A DNA stretch of 64,000 nucleotides from Macrostomum lignano (lineage: Eukaryota). Both the position numbers and the translations under genes were made by a program. Of the stretch, positions 34,608-46,432 are shown piece by piece; position 1 is the first letter of the stretch, and every line of letters begins with the position of its first letter. The notes under the pieces were generated by a model. The model was not told where the DNA came from and searched no databases. It saw nothing but the letters and a program-made list of their open reading frames with translations. The stretch spans positions 496,001 to 560,000 of the forward strand of contig NIVC01000087.1 in the NCBI GenBank assembly GCA_002269645.1. Direction: 5' to 3'.

Positions 34608-37600
34608 CGCGGTCATCACTCTGAAATTTCTGAGCTATCACAAGGACGGAGTGATCCTTTACCTGGCTGGCTATCACGGCGACTACATGGGCCTATACCT
34701 GAAGGATGGCATACTCAATTATTTCATATTTAATCCCAGCCGGTTGGACTGGTCGCTCAGAGGCATTCAAATCAATACCAAAGACCCGCTTGAGATTAAC
34801 AAAGACTATGCGGTGAGTTATTTCTTGTTGTCGAATAGGGACAAGTGTGAACATGACGCGACCTCAATTTCTGTGTCTTTTTACGCACAACAGACAAGCG
34901 AGTTTCAGAGCACCATCTCTTAACACCATTTGGCATCTGTTTCAAATTAAAGCCGAATAAAAGCTTGCCACTCACTTGAACTTGATGACATTAAGCAGTT
35001 TTTGCATAAAGTCAATGCTAAGGTTGCTAATGCTGAGCTTGGCGTAAAGGCGCCAAGAACTTGTCTGCAGCGCCGAAGAGAATTTGAAGTTAATTTAAGA
35101 GTAGCTATACTTCTCGGATTATTGTTAACCATTTCGTCTATCCATAAAAACTAAATGGGAGGGTTTTTTACTGCAAGCTAAAAGTGGAAATTTCCTTCTG
35201 AGGTTTAGTTTAATCATCTGCTTGACAACTGGGCATTGGATTAAAGAAATTGCCATGCGCGCCACTTGACTTGCGTGACGTTGGCCGATTGCAAGGTGCC
35301 GACAATTGGGTGGGGGGGGGCGCAAATTATTTACACCAGAATGCCCTGCAGTTTCCCAGTAGTGCCTAAATACAATATGCTTGCATAGTTAGGCCTCTGT
35401 GTCGGTTCAGAAAATGAGAATTATCATGAACTGCTTGTCCTTCAATATCGGGCAATATTAAAACTTCGTGCTCTGATTCCATCCCATATAGCTGCTTGAA
35501 TGCGGCGTCAGCGTAACTGACTGACACGCCTTCCTCACCACTGCTTCTTGAGCGTGCGTGACTCCGATAGCATGGCCTTGTCCCCATCGGGTGGAGTTCT
35601 CTCCCCTTCGTCCCCGATCTTAGCATATCCTATTATTCATCCGACACAGTTCAAATGAATCATATAGTGGGTCGCGCACGTCTCACAATCGGGGATGAGC
35701 ATGATGCTTAAAAACGGAGACTAAAACCAAACTACAGCCGTTGGAAACCCGCTTTGCAAACAGTACGGCATCGATTATTCTAGCACTGCTACAGATAGTG
35801 TTATGTTAGTGTATCTCTATACTTCTATTTGCGTTTTATATTTCCACGCATCTTCTAGTTTGTCCAGCATCCGTTTCAGAGGAAATCAAAGCCACTATGT
35901 CGGTGGAGATGCGCCAGCCAGATTAAAATTGGCTTTGTACTCTCACAATAACAAGAAATTTGACAGGAAGGTTGCTCCCAAAAAGCCTGGGTCCTGTTTG
36001 AATTGACTAAAAGGTGAAATCAAGGCTGGGCAAATAAAGCTCTCTACTTTGATAGAAACCTTTATTAAAGAAGTTCACAGAGTCTTTTTTTGGGGGTGGC
36101 CTGCCCTTTCATAAATCTGAAATTCGTACAATCTCCAACTTTCACTTACAGTTAATAAGCTGGCCCTTATAGCAACAGATGTTAATTGAGGGAAGAGCAT
36201 AAAATAAGTAGATTTTGGGGATATCAAGCTTTAAAGTGGTTCACTTGTGGGTACATACATGTATACAGGAAAATATTCACATAACTTCGTATTAATAAAG
36301 TTTAACTGTGATCTATGAGGATATTTAAAAAAAATATGGTATTATGAATCATGGAACCTTCGAATCAAAGCGCTGTCGAACTAAGTGTACGGCACCCCGA
36401 CCGAGATCTAAGTCGTCAACAAACGATATAGAAGTAATGTTTCGGGTTTTTTTCTCAATAAGCGCCAATACGCGCATAAATATTAATTGTAGATTGACCT
36501 TATAGTTAGCTTCTCATTTAAACAAACCAGTTTATCCGAATCGCGCATCTCAACTTTCCAGGTGGAATTCATGTACAACTTTGCGCAATACCAGAGCTTT
36601 CGCAACACCATCCTATTTTCTACCGGACTCCGGCTGGACAACCGCGAAGTGGAAATATTCGACTATCACATTCCCGATATTCAGTTCAAATCGCCTATCT
36701 ACCTTGGCGGCGGGCCTTCCGGCTTGGTAATAACCAATTAATCATTTTTTTCATTCGCAGTAGCTACTGATTAATAATATTTCAGCAGGAATAGTCGCAG
36801 CAGGCACTAAAAAAATCGTGAACGCGAAAAGGCTTCCTCAATTTTGAAAAACTTTTTTCTTTAGTATCTCGGAAAGGCTTCAAAAAGGTGCTGGACTAGT
36901 AACATACTTATAAGTTTGGGTAGTGAGCTAGTATGAAAACAGAAGTTTTTTCCCGGTATCGCATCAGCTCCCTCCTGCAGCTGGATGGTCATCATGCACA
37001 GACAGGCCTTGCGTCAGAAGTTAGAAGATTTAATAAAGAAAAAATGCATATGCATGTTTCGCTGAGCATTAAGAAGCGCTGTTTGTTTATGATTCATATA
37101 GTTTGACTGCAGATGTACCTACCTGGTAAGTGGGTGTGTAGTCTTGTTTTTATTTTTTGTATGAAGATCCACTGGGTCTTAACAAAGTATTTGGAGCGAG
37201 TTAAATGAATCGAACAATATATGAAGTATGGTAATGGAAATTTAAAAAATCCATGGTATTTGCGTATTTCGGTAAGAAAGGAGTGACTGGTTTGGGGAAC
37301 TAGACTAATGTACAAATAAAATCAGACAAAGGCTGCCCCTCAGCGAAAAGTCATCACTTGGCCTCGCAATGCTCCTGTTAAAAAAAACAGAAAAGTGGTA
37401 GGCTGGCAGTTGAAAGAGGAAAGTGACGACTGCTGCTGCTGCTGAGTCAGTTTATTATCAGAAAAAGTCTGCAGAGCTGAGTTTGTCAGATAGTTCCAGA
37501 GCGCTGGATCCACTGCATGGGGGCGCCTGGGCTCTTGCAGTGTGCGTGCTGCATGACTGATCGCGAGAGACAAACGCGAGGACAAGGCAACAAAAAAATG

Positions 37601-39195
37601 AAAAGCGCGATGGCGATGTGACATGTTCGGTGGCCGTGGGACAATGCGAACAAACCACATTGAGGGGTTATTGTAATATATTTTTCCGAAAGATAATAGG
37701 GTATCTGGAGAAAGAGAGCAAAAAGTGAGGAGAAAATTGGGAGATAGCTCGTGAGTAGTCCAAATTGGGAAGTCGCCACAGGGAATCTGGAAAGCAGCAC
37801 CTTCGCAATAACGTACACCACTTTGTATCTGAATCGATTAAAAACTGAATAACTGGCAGAAATAAGAATTATTGTTGAAGTCCACTTCATTTCGTTAGAA
37901 AACTGGAAGGGGAAGAACTTCCCATCAAATCACCTCATAGGGAAGCCCCTAGATGTTTGATGGTCAATGAAGGTTTATCTTATCTTTCTATAGTAATAAC
38001 AGCAAGGTTTTACTACTACTTAATAATAATTTCAGCTTATAGGCATCCTGGCGCAACGTCTTCGGCGATATCGTCCCACACAAACAGCGCCGAGGCAATT
38101 CTGGTCTGGCATATGCGCCAATGGTGTACGCAGGCATACATTAGTATATACTCTCACACAAGGGTGTACAGCGGCCCTGACTTTCTAATCTAATCGTCAG
38201 GCATGTGCACTCTCTGGGCCTTGGGGGGTGCCTTAAAGGTTGACCGACAAACCCTGGCCAATTACCGCATTTACCGCGGAGCTATTTTTCCTCTCCAGGT
38301 TTTAGCATTCTTTCAGGCGCCTCTTCCAGATCATTAAAGAAGTGAGAGCTCTGTTTCCTGGCCAGATATCTAGATTGAGTTGCCCATGGCTACTGACCAA
38401 GGCAAGTCCTCGACTCTTGAACTTGAACGGTAGCTGAACCAATTTCAGATTTTGAGCATTTCTCCAGTAGACTCAGCCACGTTTTTTAAACTATGAGCAG
38501 CGCCGCGACTATCGGGGAATGAGGAGGCTGAGAAAGTAAACGCAAATTCTCGAGTGGTGAGCCGTTGAAGCGTCCTGAAGCTCCAGCAAGTTTGAAATTG
38601 CTCTCTTGAGTTAACAGACAGCTGCGTGGCTGTATTTCACTAGCCATCTAGCTCTACAGTATACTCTCCCCACCCTGCCATTACCTCGCCCAGATCAGCC
38701 TGCTCACAGCTTCATTAGGGGGGGGGGATCGGGCAGAGATGGAGGAGGTTCCCCAAGACTCGAGGAGAATGGCAGGAAAGCAGCAGGTTTGCGGATTGCT
38801 TTCTCTATATTCCTTTTTTCTCTCCCTTCCACTCTTGTGACCCCCTTCTTGGTCCACGAGATTTTTTGTTTGGCCCAGCAGCCCAACTGATTCTCCGATC
38901 AGTGCGTGAGCATTGCAAACGAATTGCAATAAAAATCATATATAGCTTACAGGAAAAACCAGACCAAAATAATATTGCAGCAGTTTATTGAGAATCACGA
39001 CTGCTGACACTTAGTGAAAAAATATTCATATTTCGTCTCGCGGAATGCAGTGTGCATAAAGTGCACTGAAGACCGAGGCCAAGTCAAACAAGGATTCAAG
39101 ATCTACACAACTTACATTTATATACCCGCCCGCAGAATCTGCACGTGCCAGACTTCGAAGGACTCATTAAGGACGTGAGAATTAACGACAACTAT
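34608..39195 (+). CDS. Three internal exons (34608-34812, 36562-36726, 39136-39195) encoding one laminin-G domain; rest of the gene not located
   Basis: All junctions are GT-AG and in phase. The joined peptide AVITLKFLSYHKDGVILYLAGYHGDYMGLYLKDGIL...DYA|VEFMY...SPIYLGGGPSGL|NLHVPDFEGLIKDVRINDNY has the LamG hallmarks (xLxF...DGxLLY, DYxxLxLxDG, IYLGG, FxGxIxDVxIN). Confidence 0.8.
38044..38105 (-). mobile_element. Fragment of SINE family 2 (3' part)
   Basis: CCTGGCGCAACGTCTTCGGCGATATCGTCCCACAC...GAGGCAATTCTG is similar to 41655-41725 and 50732-50795. Confidence 0.55.
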
Positions 39196-40629
39196 GTGAG
39201 AACTGCTCACACCAACCAGCGAGTAGGGGAATGCTAAACCAAAACCGTACTCGGAGCAACAAAACAAACTAAAATTCATGAAATAAATCGTAACTAATCT
39301 ATTTGAACTAATATTCCTGCGCACACGGACAGACTGTAAATTGGCAAACAATAAGCAGGTGGTTGGATATGAAAAATTCCTCATTGTCTCTGTGCAAGTA
39401 TCTGATCTCTCTCTCTCTCTTGGTGCAATCAAGGAAATTCATTTCTTTGACAGTTAAACCCTGGTCTAGATCTTTGTGTATACAACTCACAGGGAAAGGA
39501 CACGCCAAGCTGAAAGCAAATAACCCAGAAAATGCGATGCAATCTGCACTATTCTGGGAATAAGAAACTGTAAACTGTTTAACTATGCTTCGCTGTGACA
39601 TATATCTAAACAACTACTGTAAGTAACAATTTCAGTCCCATAAATAAAATGTATAATTTTTTAAATAAAAGCGCATAATAAAATTGTCAAATTAGCAACA
39701 TAAAATGTTTAGAGCTGTTCATTTCTTCAAAGAACCGGTGGCTTGCACGCACCGTATATTTTCAAGCATCTTTGATAAATACTGTTAAATAAATGCCAGG
39801 TTCTACATAAACTACAAAGATAATTATGAAAATTATTGCCAGTAAAAGTTAAAGCCCAACGCAGACATCAGCGGATGAAGTGCCTGAAATTGAAATAAGT
39901 TTTTCACCATTTAATTTAGCACTAAAATAGTTGAAATATCGTTAATGATGTATAAGTGGCAAATCAAACTCAGGACTTCTTAGAGGATAGATATCGGTCT
40001 GATCATGCTCAGATTCAACAATTGTAAAACAAAGCTCTCATCATGTCAACTAACGAGCTAACGCTCGTAATATCGAAAGACAACAAATAGTTTATTAAGG
40101 ATTGCTCACCTTGTGCTGTAGATTAAATTTAACCAACAGATATCTGAAAAAAGCAAATTGCAGAAAGAATTTTATCCAAAAAATAGAGGAATTGTATAGA
40201 AAATCTGGTTGAAAGTTCGTTCGTTTGATATTATCAGAACTTCTTAGAGTTGCGCTACACGAAAATGCAATTTAATTAGGCAATTCTTCAACTAATTGTA
40301 TTTGTCATCACGCCTATAGAAACATCTATAAACATATTTGATAACCACTACAGCCGCTGCCAACGTTGTACAGCACTCACCATTTAGCTCGTACATGTAG
40401 CATTTTAGAACATCACAACCTGAAATGAAAAAACGTACATTTTATATGCTTGGATAGAATAATATCAGTTATCAATTCACTTAGTCAGTAATACACATAT
40501 ATTCAGGACTTCTTAGAGGATAATGTTATCTGATCATGCTCAGATTCAAATATAATATAGTTTCATCATAATCATTATTTTTTAATCATTGGGCAGCAAT
40601 GATTTACCTAATGTTTGTAATAGCTACCC

Positions 40630-41092
40630 TACCATAGAAACTCCTACCTAAGAAGCTACTAGACAACCTACTCAGCAACGCTACTAGACAACCTAACCAG
40701 CAAAGCTACTAGGTACTAGACAACCTACCCAGCAACGCTACTAGACAACCTACCGAGCGAAGCTACTAGAAAACCTACTGAGCAAAGCTACTAGACAACC
40801 TACTGAGCAAAGCTACTAGACAACCTACTGAGCGAAGCTACTAAACAACCTACCCAGCAAAGCTACTAGACAACCTACCCAGCAAAGCTACTAGACAACC
40901 TACCCAGCAAAGCTACTAGACAACCTACCCAGCAAATCTACTAGACAACCTACCCAGCATATCTACTAGACAACCTACCCAGCATATCTACTAGACAACC
41001 TACCCAGCATATCTACTAGACAACCTACCCAGCAAAGCTACTAGACAACCTACCCGACAAAGCTACTAGAGAACATACCCGGCAAAGCTACC
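40630..41092. repeat. 25-bp minisatellite AGCTACTAGACAACCTACCCAGCAA, about 17 copies
   Basis: Tandem copies, more degenerate toward the left. The right end overlaps the stop codon of the mpaB-like gene. Confidence 0.93.
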
Positions 41093-42474
41093 GAGCATCA
41101 CGGAGAGTGTCCGCCAGCCACCAGACGGGCAGATCCAGGTGCATCTGCCGGCAGGCGCGGGCAAAAAGTGCCTGATGAAATCGGCGAGGCGCACAGGCCA
41201 GCAGGCGGAGCAGGCAGCGCAGCAGGCCGGCCAGGGCTGCGTGGACAACCGGTCGGTAGCCGACGGATGCCAGGGCGCGTCGGCGCATCGCGTCGGGCGC
41301 GGCGGCGGCCTCCAAAAAGACGGCGACCACCGCCGGCGGCGAGAAAGACGAAAGCAGCAGACGCAGCGGAAGCAGAAGGAATCTTAATAGCAACGGAGAG
41401 TGCCGGTCTCCGGCGATCAGGCAGATGCCGGCGGAGAGGGCTTCGGCTAGGGGAAGAAACTGCGGCGGCGGCGCCTGGAGGGCCGAGATCAGCCTAAGCT
41501 GCACATCGCCGCACGCCGATCGACAACTGCATTATTAGTTGAAATGGAATCAATATGCAAAGCCAAGTGATATACTGTAGCATTCAAGGGTTGTGCAAAA
41601 CTTTTACAGTGCTGAGACTGTGGGAGTTCACAATATTAACACTATTATTTACAGGAAGGCTGCGTGCACCCTGGCGCAACGCCTTCGGCGAAATCGTCTC
41701 ACAATCAGCGTTGAGGCAATTCTGCCCATTCCGCTGACTCCTGGGCCCTCATGGATTGAATTACATTCACAAGACATTCGCAGTCTATTCAGCTGCGTAC
41801 TAACCGCGCCCAACTCTGCTTAACTTGCAGAGAATAAAGGAGAAACACTGCAACAATTACTCAATTTAATGTGTACATAATAGTAGAAACCTTCTGAGAT
41901 CTCCACTCAGCGCACTGTCGGCCTCGGTCATGCCCAGCGACAAGCTGATCCGGTGCCAATGACGCGCGTAGGCAGCCAGAATCAGCTGTTGCCGCTCGCC
42001 GCCGTCAAGCCGGATGCCGAACATGCGGCTGTGCAGCAGCGCGTAGGCTACAAACGCAGTCTGCACGGTGCGCATATCGTCGGCTGGGAAATCTGCGCCA
42101 ACTCCACGTCGTTCTAGCTGAACAGACGCGGCAGCCACCGCGTGAGCGCGACGCACCGCTACAGACGATTGGCCAGCTTGACAATTGGGATCGAGCGGAT
42201 CGCCCAGATGCCAGGCGATCACGTGACGCGCTGTGGATAGATAACGATGAAGCGCTTTAACTGGCTGGTCGGATCGGCGCGTAGCGGCCAGCACGGTAGA
42301 CAGGGGCGCGAGCGATAGGCCGGTCATGAGGGAGAACAGCAGAGCGGCCAGACAGGAGGCGAAGTTGTCGGCCAGTAGGCAAAAAGCGACACGCTGGTCG
42401 GCCTGTGCCAGCAGTCCGTCGCTAGTTGGGGAGCTGCTGCCAGAACGCTGAGAATCATCAGCAGCACCATCCAT
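41088..42474 (-). CDS. mpaB/rubber oxygenase (Lcp, DUF2236)-like heme protein, 2 exons (42474-41891 and 41526-41088), about 340 aa
   Basis: Motifs RYLSTARHVIAW, VRRAH (heme-His position), DMRTVQTAF and HWHRISLSLGM. The phase-2 intron AG|GTTTCT...CTAATAATGCAG|T gives an open join DLRS-CRSACGDVQLRLISALQAPPPQFLPLAEALSAG into ORF 41088-41504. Confidence 0.72.
41645..41775 (-). mobile_element. Fragment of SINE family 2 inside the mpaB-like intron
   Basis: GGCTGCGTGCACCCTGGCGCAAC... matches GGCTGCGTGCTCCCTGGCGCAC at 50733. Confidence 0.6.
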
Positions 42475-42625
42475 AATGCCGGGATGCTCACGCTAAATAA
42501 ACGATTTCCAAGAATCCGTGATCCGACAAGACACGTACTTGCTTGCAAGTAACATTCTTGAAGGTCATCCGCCAGAAGAATAAAACAATTAACGGTTATA
42601 AACTCGACTGCTTATTACTAATAAT

Positions 42626-43710
42626 AAATACTATAGCTCGCACCTAGAAGTAAAAGCTGATGAGATATAAACAACTCTCAATGTGCGCGCATCACGGGGT
42701 GGGCCAGCAAATGGACACAACTTTTAAATATAAAAGTTGCAATGCTAGACCACACGTTAAACACGCGTTCAGTAAGCTGAATAGTCTACCTGCCGTTGTC
42801 TCTGTGGATCAGTTTACTTTAAAGTTGTACTGTTCGACAGCAAGTGGGCAGGCACTGAGTAATAATATAATAAAGCAGTTATCATCATTAATTTATTCAA
42901 ATACTCGCTCATTTCCTGTCACATCCGGTTCTGTCTATGGCTTTTCTAACCGAGTTGAATGATACACATGAGGATTTGTCTATGGCTTTTCCAATCGAGT
43001 TAAATGATGATACGAATTTAGATTGTCTTTTCTAACCGAGTAAGTATAGAAAATACTATAGCTCCATACCTACAAGTGATGCGATAAAAACAGATCTCAA
43101 TATGCGCGCATCACGGGGTGGGCCAGCAAATGGACACAACTTTTAAATATAAAAGTTGCAATGCTATACCACACGTTAAACACGCGTTCAGTAAGCTGAA
43201 TAGTCTACCTGCCGTTGTCTCTGTGGATCAGTTTACTTTAAAGTTGTACTGTTCGACAGCAAGTGGGCAGGCACTGAGTAATAATATAATAAAGCAGTTA
43301 TCATCATTAATTTATTCAAATACTCGCTCATTTCCTGTCACATCCGGTTCTGTCTATGGCTTTTCTAACCGAGTTGAATGATACACATGAGGATTTGTCT
43401 ATGGCTTTTCCAATCGAGTTAAATGATGATACGAATTTAGATTGTCTTTTCTAACCGAGTAAGTATAGAAAATACTATAGCTCCATACCTACAAGTGATG
43501 CGATAAAAAAAGATCTCAATATGCGCGCATCACGGGGTGGGCCAGCAAATGGACACAACTTTTAAATATAAAAGTTGCAATGCTATACCACACGTTAAAC
43601 ACGCGTTCAGTAAGCTGAATAGTCTACCTGCCGTTGTCTCTGTGGATCAGTTTACTTTAAAGTTGTACTGTTCGACAGCAAGTGGGCAGGCACTGGGTAA
43701 TAATACGAGT
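42626..43710. repeat. 419-bp tandem duplication, about 2.6 copies, upstream of the mpaB-like gene
   Basis: GCGCGCATCACGGGG occurs at 42685, 43104 and 43523 (period 419); copies are near-identical and give the repeated ORFs 42660/43118/43537. Confidence 0.93.
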
Positions 43711-43844
43711 ATAATAAAGCTGTTTTTTATTGTTAGTATACTCGAATAATCGCTCATTTGCTGACACACCTGTTTTGTCTTTTTGTATGGGTTTTCTTTG
43801 CACATGTTTCTCTGGGGCTTTTCTAACTGACTTAAGGGATACAC

Positions 43845-44430
43845 AAGTGGATTGTCTACGGTTTTCTATCCAAGTTGATGAGTACACATGTGGATTGTCT
43901 ATAGCTTTCCATTCAAGTTGATGAGTGCAGATGTGGATTGTCTTATGGCTTTCCATTCAAGTTGATGAGTGCAGATGTGGATTGTCTTATGGCTTTCCAT
44001 TCAAGTTGATGAGTGCAGATGTGGATTGTCTTATGGCTTTCCATTCAAGTTGATGAGTGCAGATGTGGATTGTCTTATGGCTTTCCATTCAAGTTGATGA
44101 GTGCAGATGTGGATTGTCTTATGGCTTTCCATTCAAGTTGATGAGTGCAGATGTGGATTGTCTTATGGCTTTCCATTCAAGTTGATGAGTGCAGATGTGG
44201 ATTGTCTTATGGCTTTCCATTCAAGTTGATGAGTGCAGATGTGGATTGTCTTATGGCTTTCCATTCAAGTTGATGAGTGCAGATGTGGATTGTCTTATGG
44301 CTTTCCATTCAAGTTGATGAGTGCAGATTTGGATTGTCTATGGCTATCCAACCAAGTTGATGAGTACACATGTGGATTGTCTATGGTTTTCTAACCGAGT
44401 TAAAGAGTGCTCATGTGCATTGTCTATGGC
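43845..44430. repeat. 44-bp minisatellite GATGAGTGCAGATGTGGATTGTCTTATGGCTTTCCATTCAAGTT
   Basis: A homogeneous core from about 43900 to 44330 (period 44) with degenerate flanking copies. Confidence 0.94.
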
Positions 44431-45183
44431 TTTTAAAACTTGGTTTAAAAATACACATGCGGATTGTTTATGGGTTATCTAATGGACGACACATTTGGAG
44501 ATCTATGACTTTCCTAATTGCAGTTAGAAATTTATAGCTTGTAAAAGCATATATTCGTTCGGATATTTAATAAAGTCGAAAAATACAAGTATTAAACGAT
44601 AAATACTGTTTCGCACTGAAAATCCTATAACAATTTAGCTATTAGAATCAATATTTGCCTTATAATCTATTTACCAAAAAACAAAGGCATTAATAGTTAC
44701 CTGGTAACTGCAAGTTGCCTTGCATCGAATTCACGTGTTTATTTAGCACTGAACAATTTTGCAGAGCCAGCCAACTAAAGTACATATTGAGCCACCGTTT
44801 CTAAATAATAATGGGCTGGTACACAATTATCAAATGAAATGTTCTGTTCGCTTGTATTGAATGCATACTCTCGTACAACAGAGGTCCAAAATGCGATTAA
44901 AATAACGGTAGCTACAAGAACGCTTTGCAAGTTATTAAGATAAGCTACGAGCGTTGTAAAATCAGACGAAATATTTTGCTGCATCCCGCATACATTAGCA
45001 CAAGAAAGGCCCCATTAATGACTTTCATTCTAACGTCCAGGCCGAGCATTTTTTATTAAACTGACACTTCACAATATATTAATTGTTTGAAATGTCTATG
45101 GTCCAAAACTAGATTCACTGGCAATGACACTCAAACAATAACTGGTCATTGCTTGGCAATTGTACTTGCAAAGAACCAGGCTA

Positions 45184-45482
45184 GGGGTTGTAGCCTAGTG
45201 ATTAGAGCTTCGAACTCACGACTGAAAGGTCGGGGGTTCGATTCTCGACCCACTCGGAACAATTTGTGTCCTTGAGAAAGATATTTAACTCTGCATTGCT
45301 TCAGTTCACCCAGCTGTAAAATGGGAGCTAGCATTAACTCGGGTAATTGAGGGTGTGTGGCAACCCCCAGTCCTTGGACTGACAAGATTTACGCAGCCTT
45401 CAGATGCACCGCGCAATAGCTGCGGCTGAGCTGTCGGTTGCACATCTCTTTATGAGGGCAGGTTTAATTAATTATCATTATG
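45184..45482 (+). mobile_element. tRNA-derived SINE, family 1 (full length)
   Basis: A box TAGCCTAGTGA, B box GGTTCGATTC, CORE-like TCCTTGAGAAAGATATTTAAC...CTGTAAAATGGG; colinear with 27304-27600. Confidence 0.82.
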
Positions 45483-46432
45483 AAAGAACCATAGACAAGT
45501 CGACCAATAAAGACCCATTGTGACGAAAAAATAGTCCAGCCAAAACCGAGAGATCTGACGTCACATCGCAAAATCAGGGAAAAGATTGGCCTTCAATGTG
45601 GCTAAAAACATTTTTCTTTGCATTATATGGAAAGCGAATGGCCCATCTAGTGCTTGAGGATCTTGTGCTCCAACCGAATGGATCAGCAAAGGCCCAAAAA
45701 ATCGATAAAGCTATGCTTTCTTTAGTCTTGAATCGTTATGGACCTTGACGAAAATGATTTTCGGAGGTATGTTTTCTAAAAGATCCCGAATTGTATGCTT
45801 GGATTTCATGCGCCTGCGAGTCAATGTTCGAGCTCACAAACAGTGTAGTTCCTCTGCTGAATACTCTGCTTATTGCAAATTTCTTTATTAACTACTCTGG
45901 AATGACCCAAAAGCGATTGACTTGACACACGATAAAGTTAAAACCTTATGATATACAGTCCGCAAGCTAAAAACACATAAGCAGTAAGCTAAAAACAAAA
46001 AACAACAAGTTGAAACAAATATGAGTAGCTATAATATATATATATATATACGACTTACAACAAGGACAAGGTGATATATGCAACAATGCGCATAGTTAAT
46101 ATTGATTGCTATTGAAGTGCCAGTCGAGCACAGGTTAGTAGCACACACGGATATACAGGTAGAAAACTTATATTCATGTATCAATTTTGACATTGAAAAA
46201 GAATTATACATAATGACTAACATGAAACGAAAATCAAGAGTTTAATCTATCTCTCTATACTACTTACAGCAGATAGGCACAGTTGCCATAGCGAATTGTA
46301 AAAAAGTAAGTCTAGCATTTATCATCGGGTTATATTAGCTAGCTAGAAGAATATTATACATGTAGCTAATATATACACTTGGCAACGTCGCTTGCTTGGC
46401 GGAGAGGTAATTAAAAGCTTATTTGTTAGTTC

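Noticed and set aside
37340-37660. Minus-strand ORF (EPRRPHAVDPALWNYLTNS...QQQQ) inside a LamG intron
   Set aside because: Could be an exon of a nested gene, but no family match or consistent splice partner could be established.
41645-41775. Hammerhead or other small ribozyme in the repeated GC-rich hairpin-like segment
   Set aside because: No CUGANGA/GAAA core on either strand in any of the three copies; explained as a SINE 3' end.
42660-43749. Three near-identical short ORFs (MGQQMDTTFKYKSC...)
   Set aside because: Products of the 419-bp tandem duplication; non-ATG starts in two copies and no domain.
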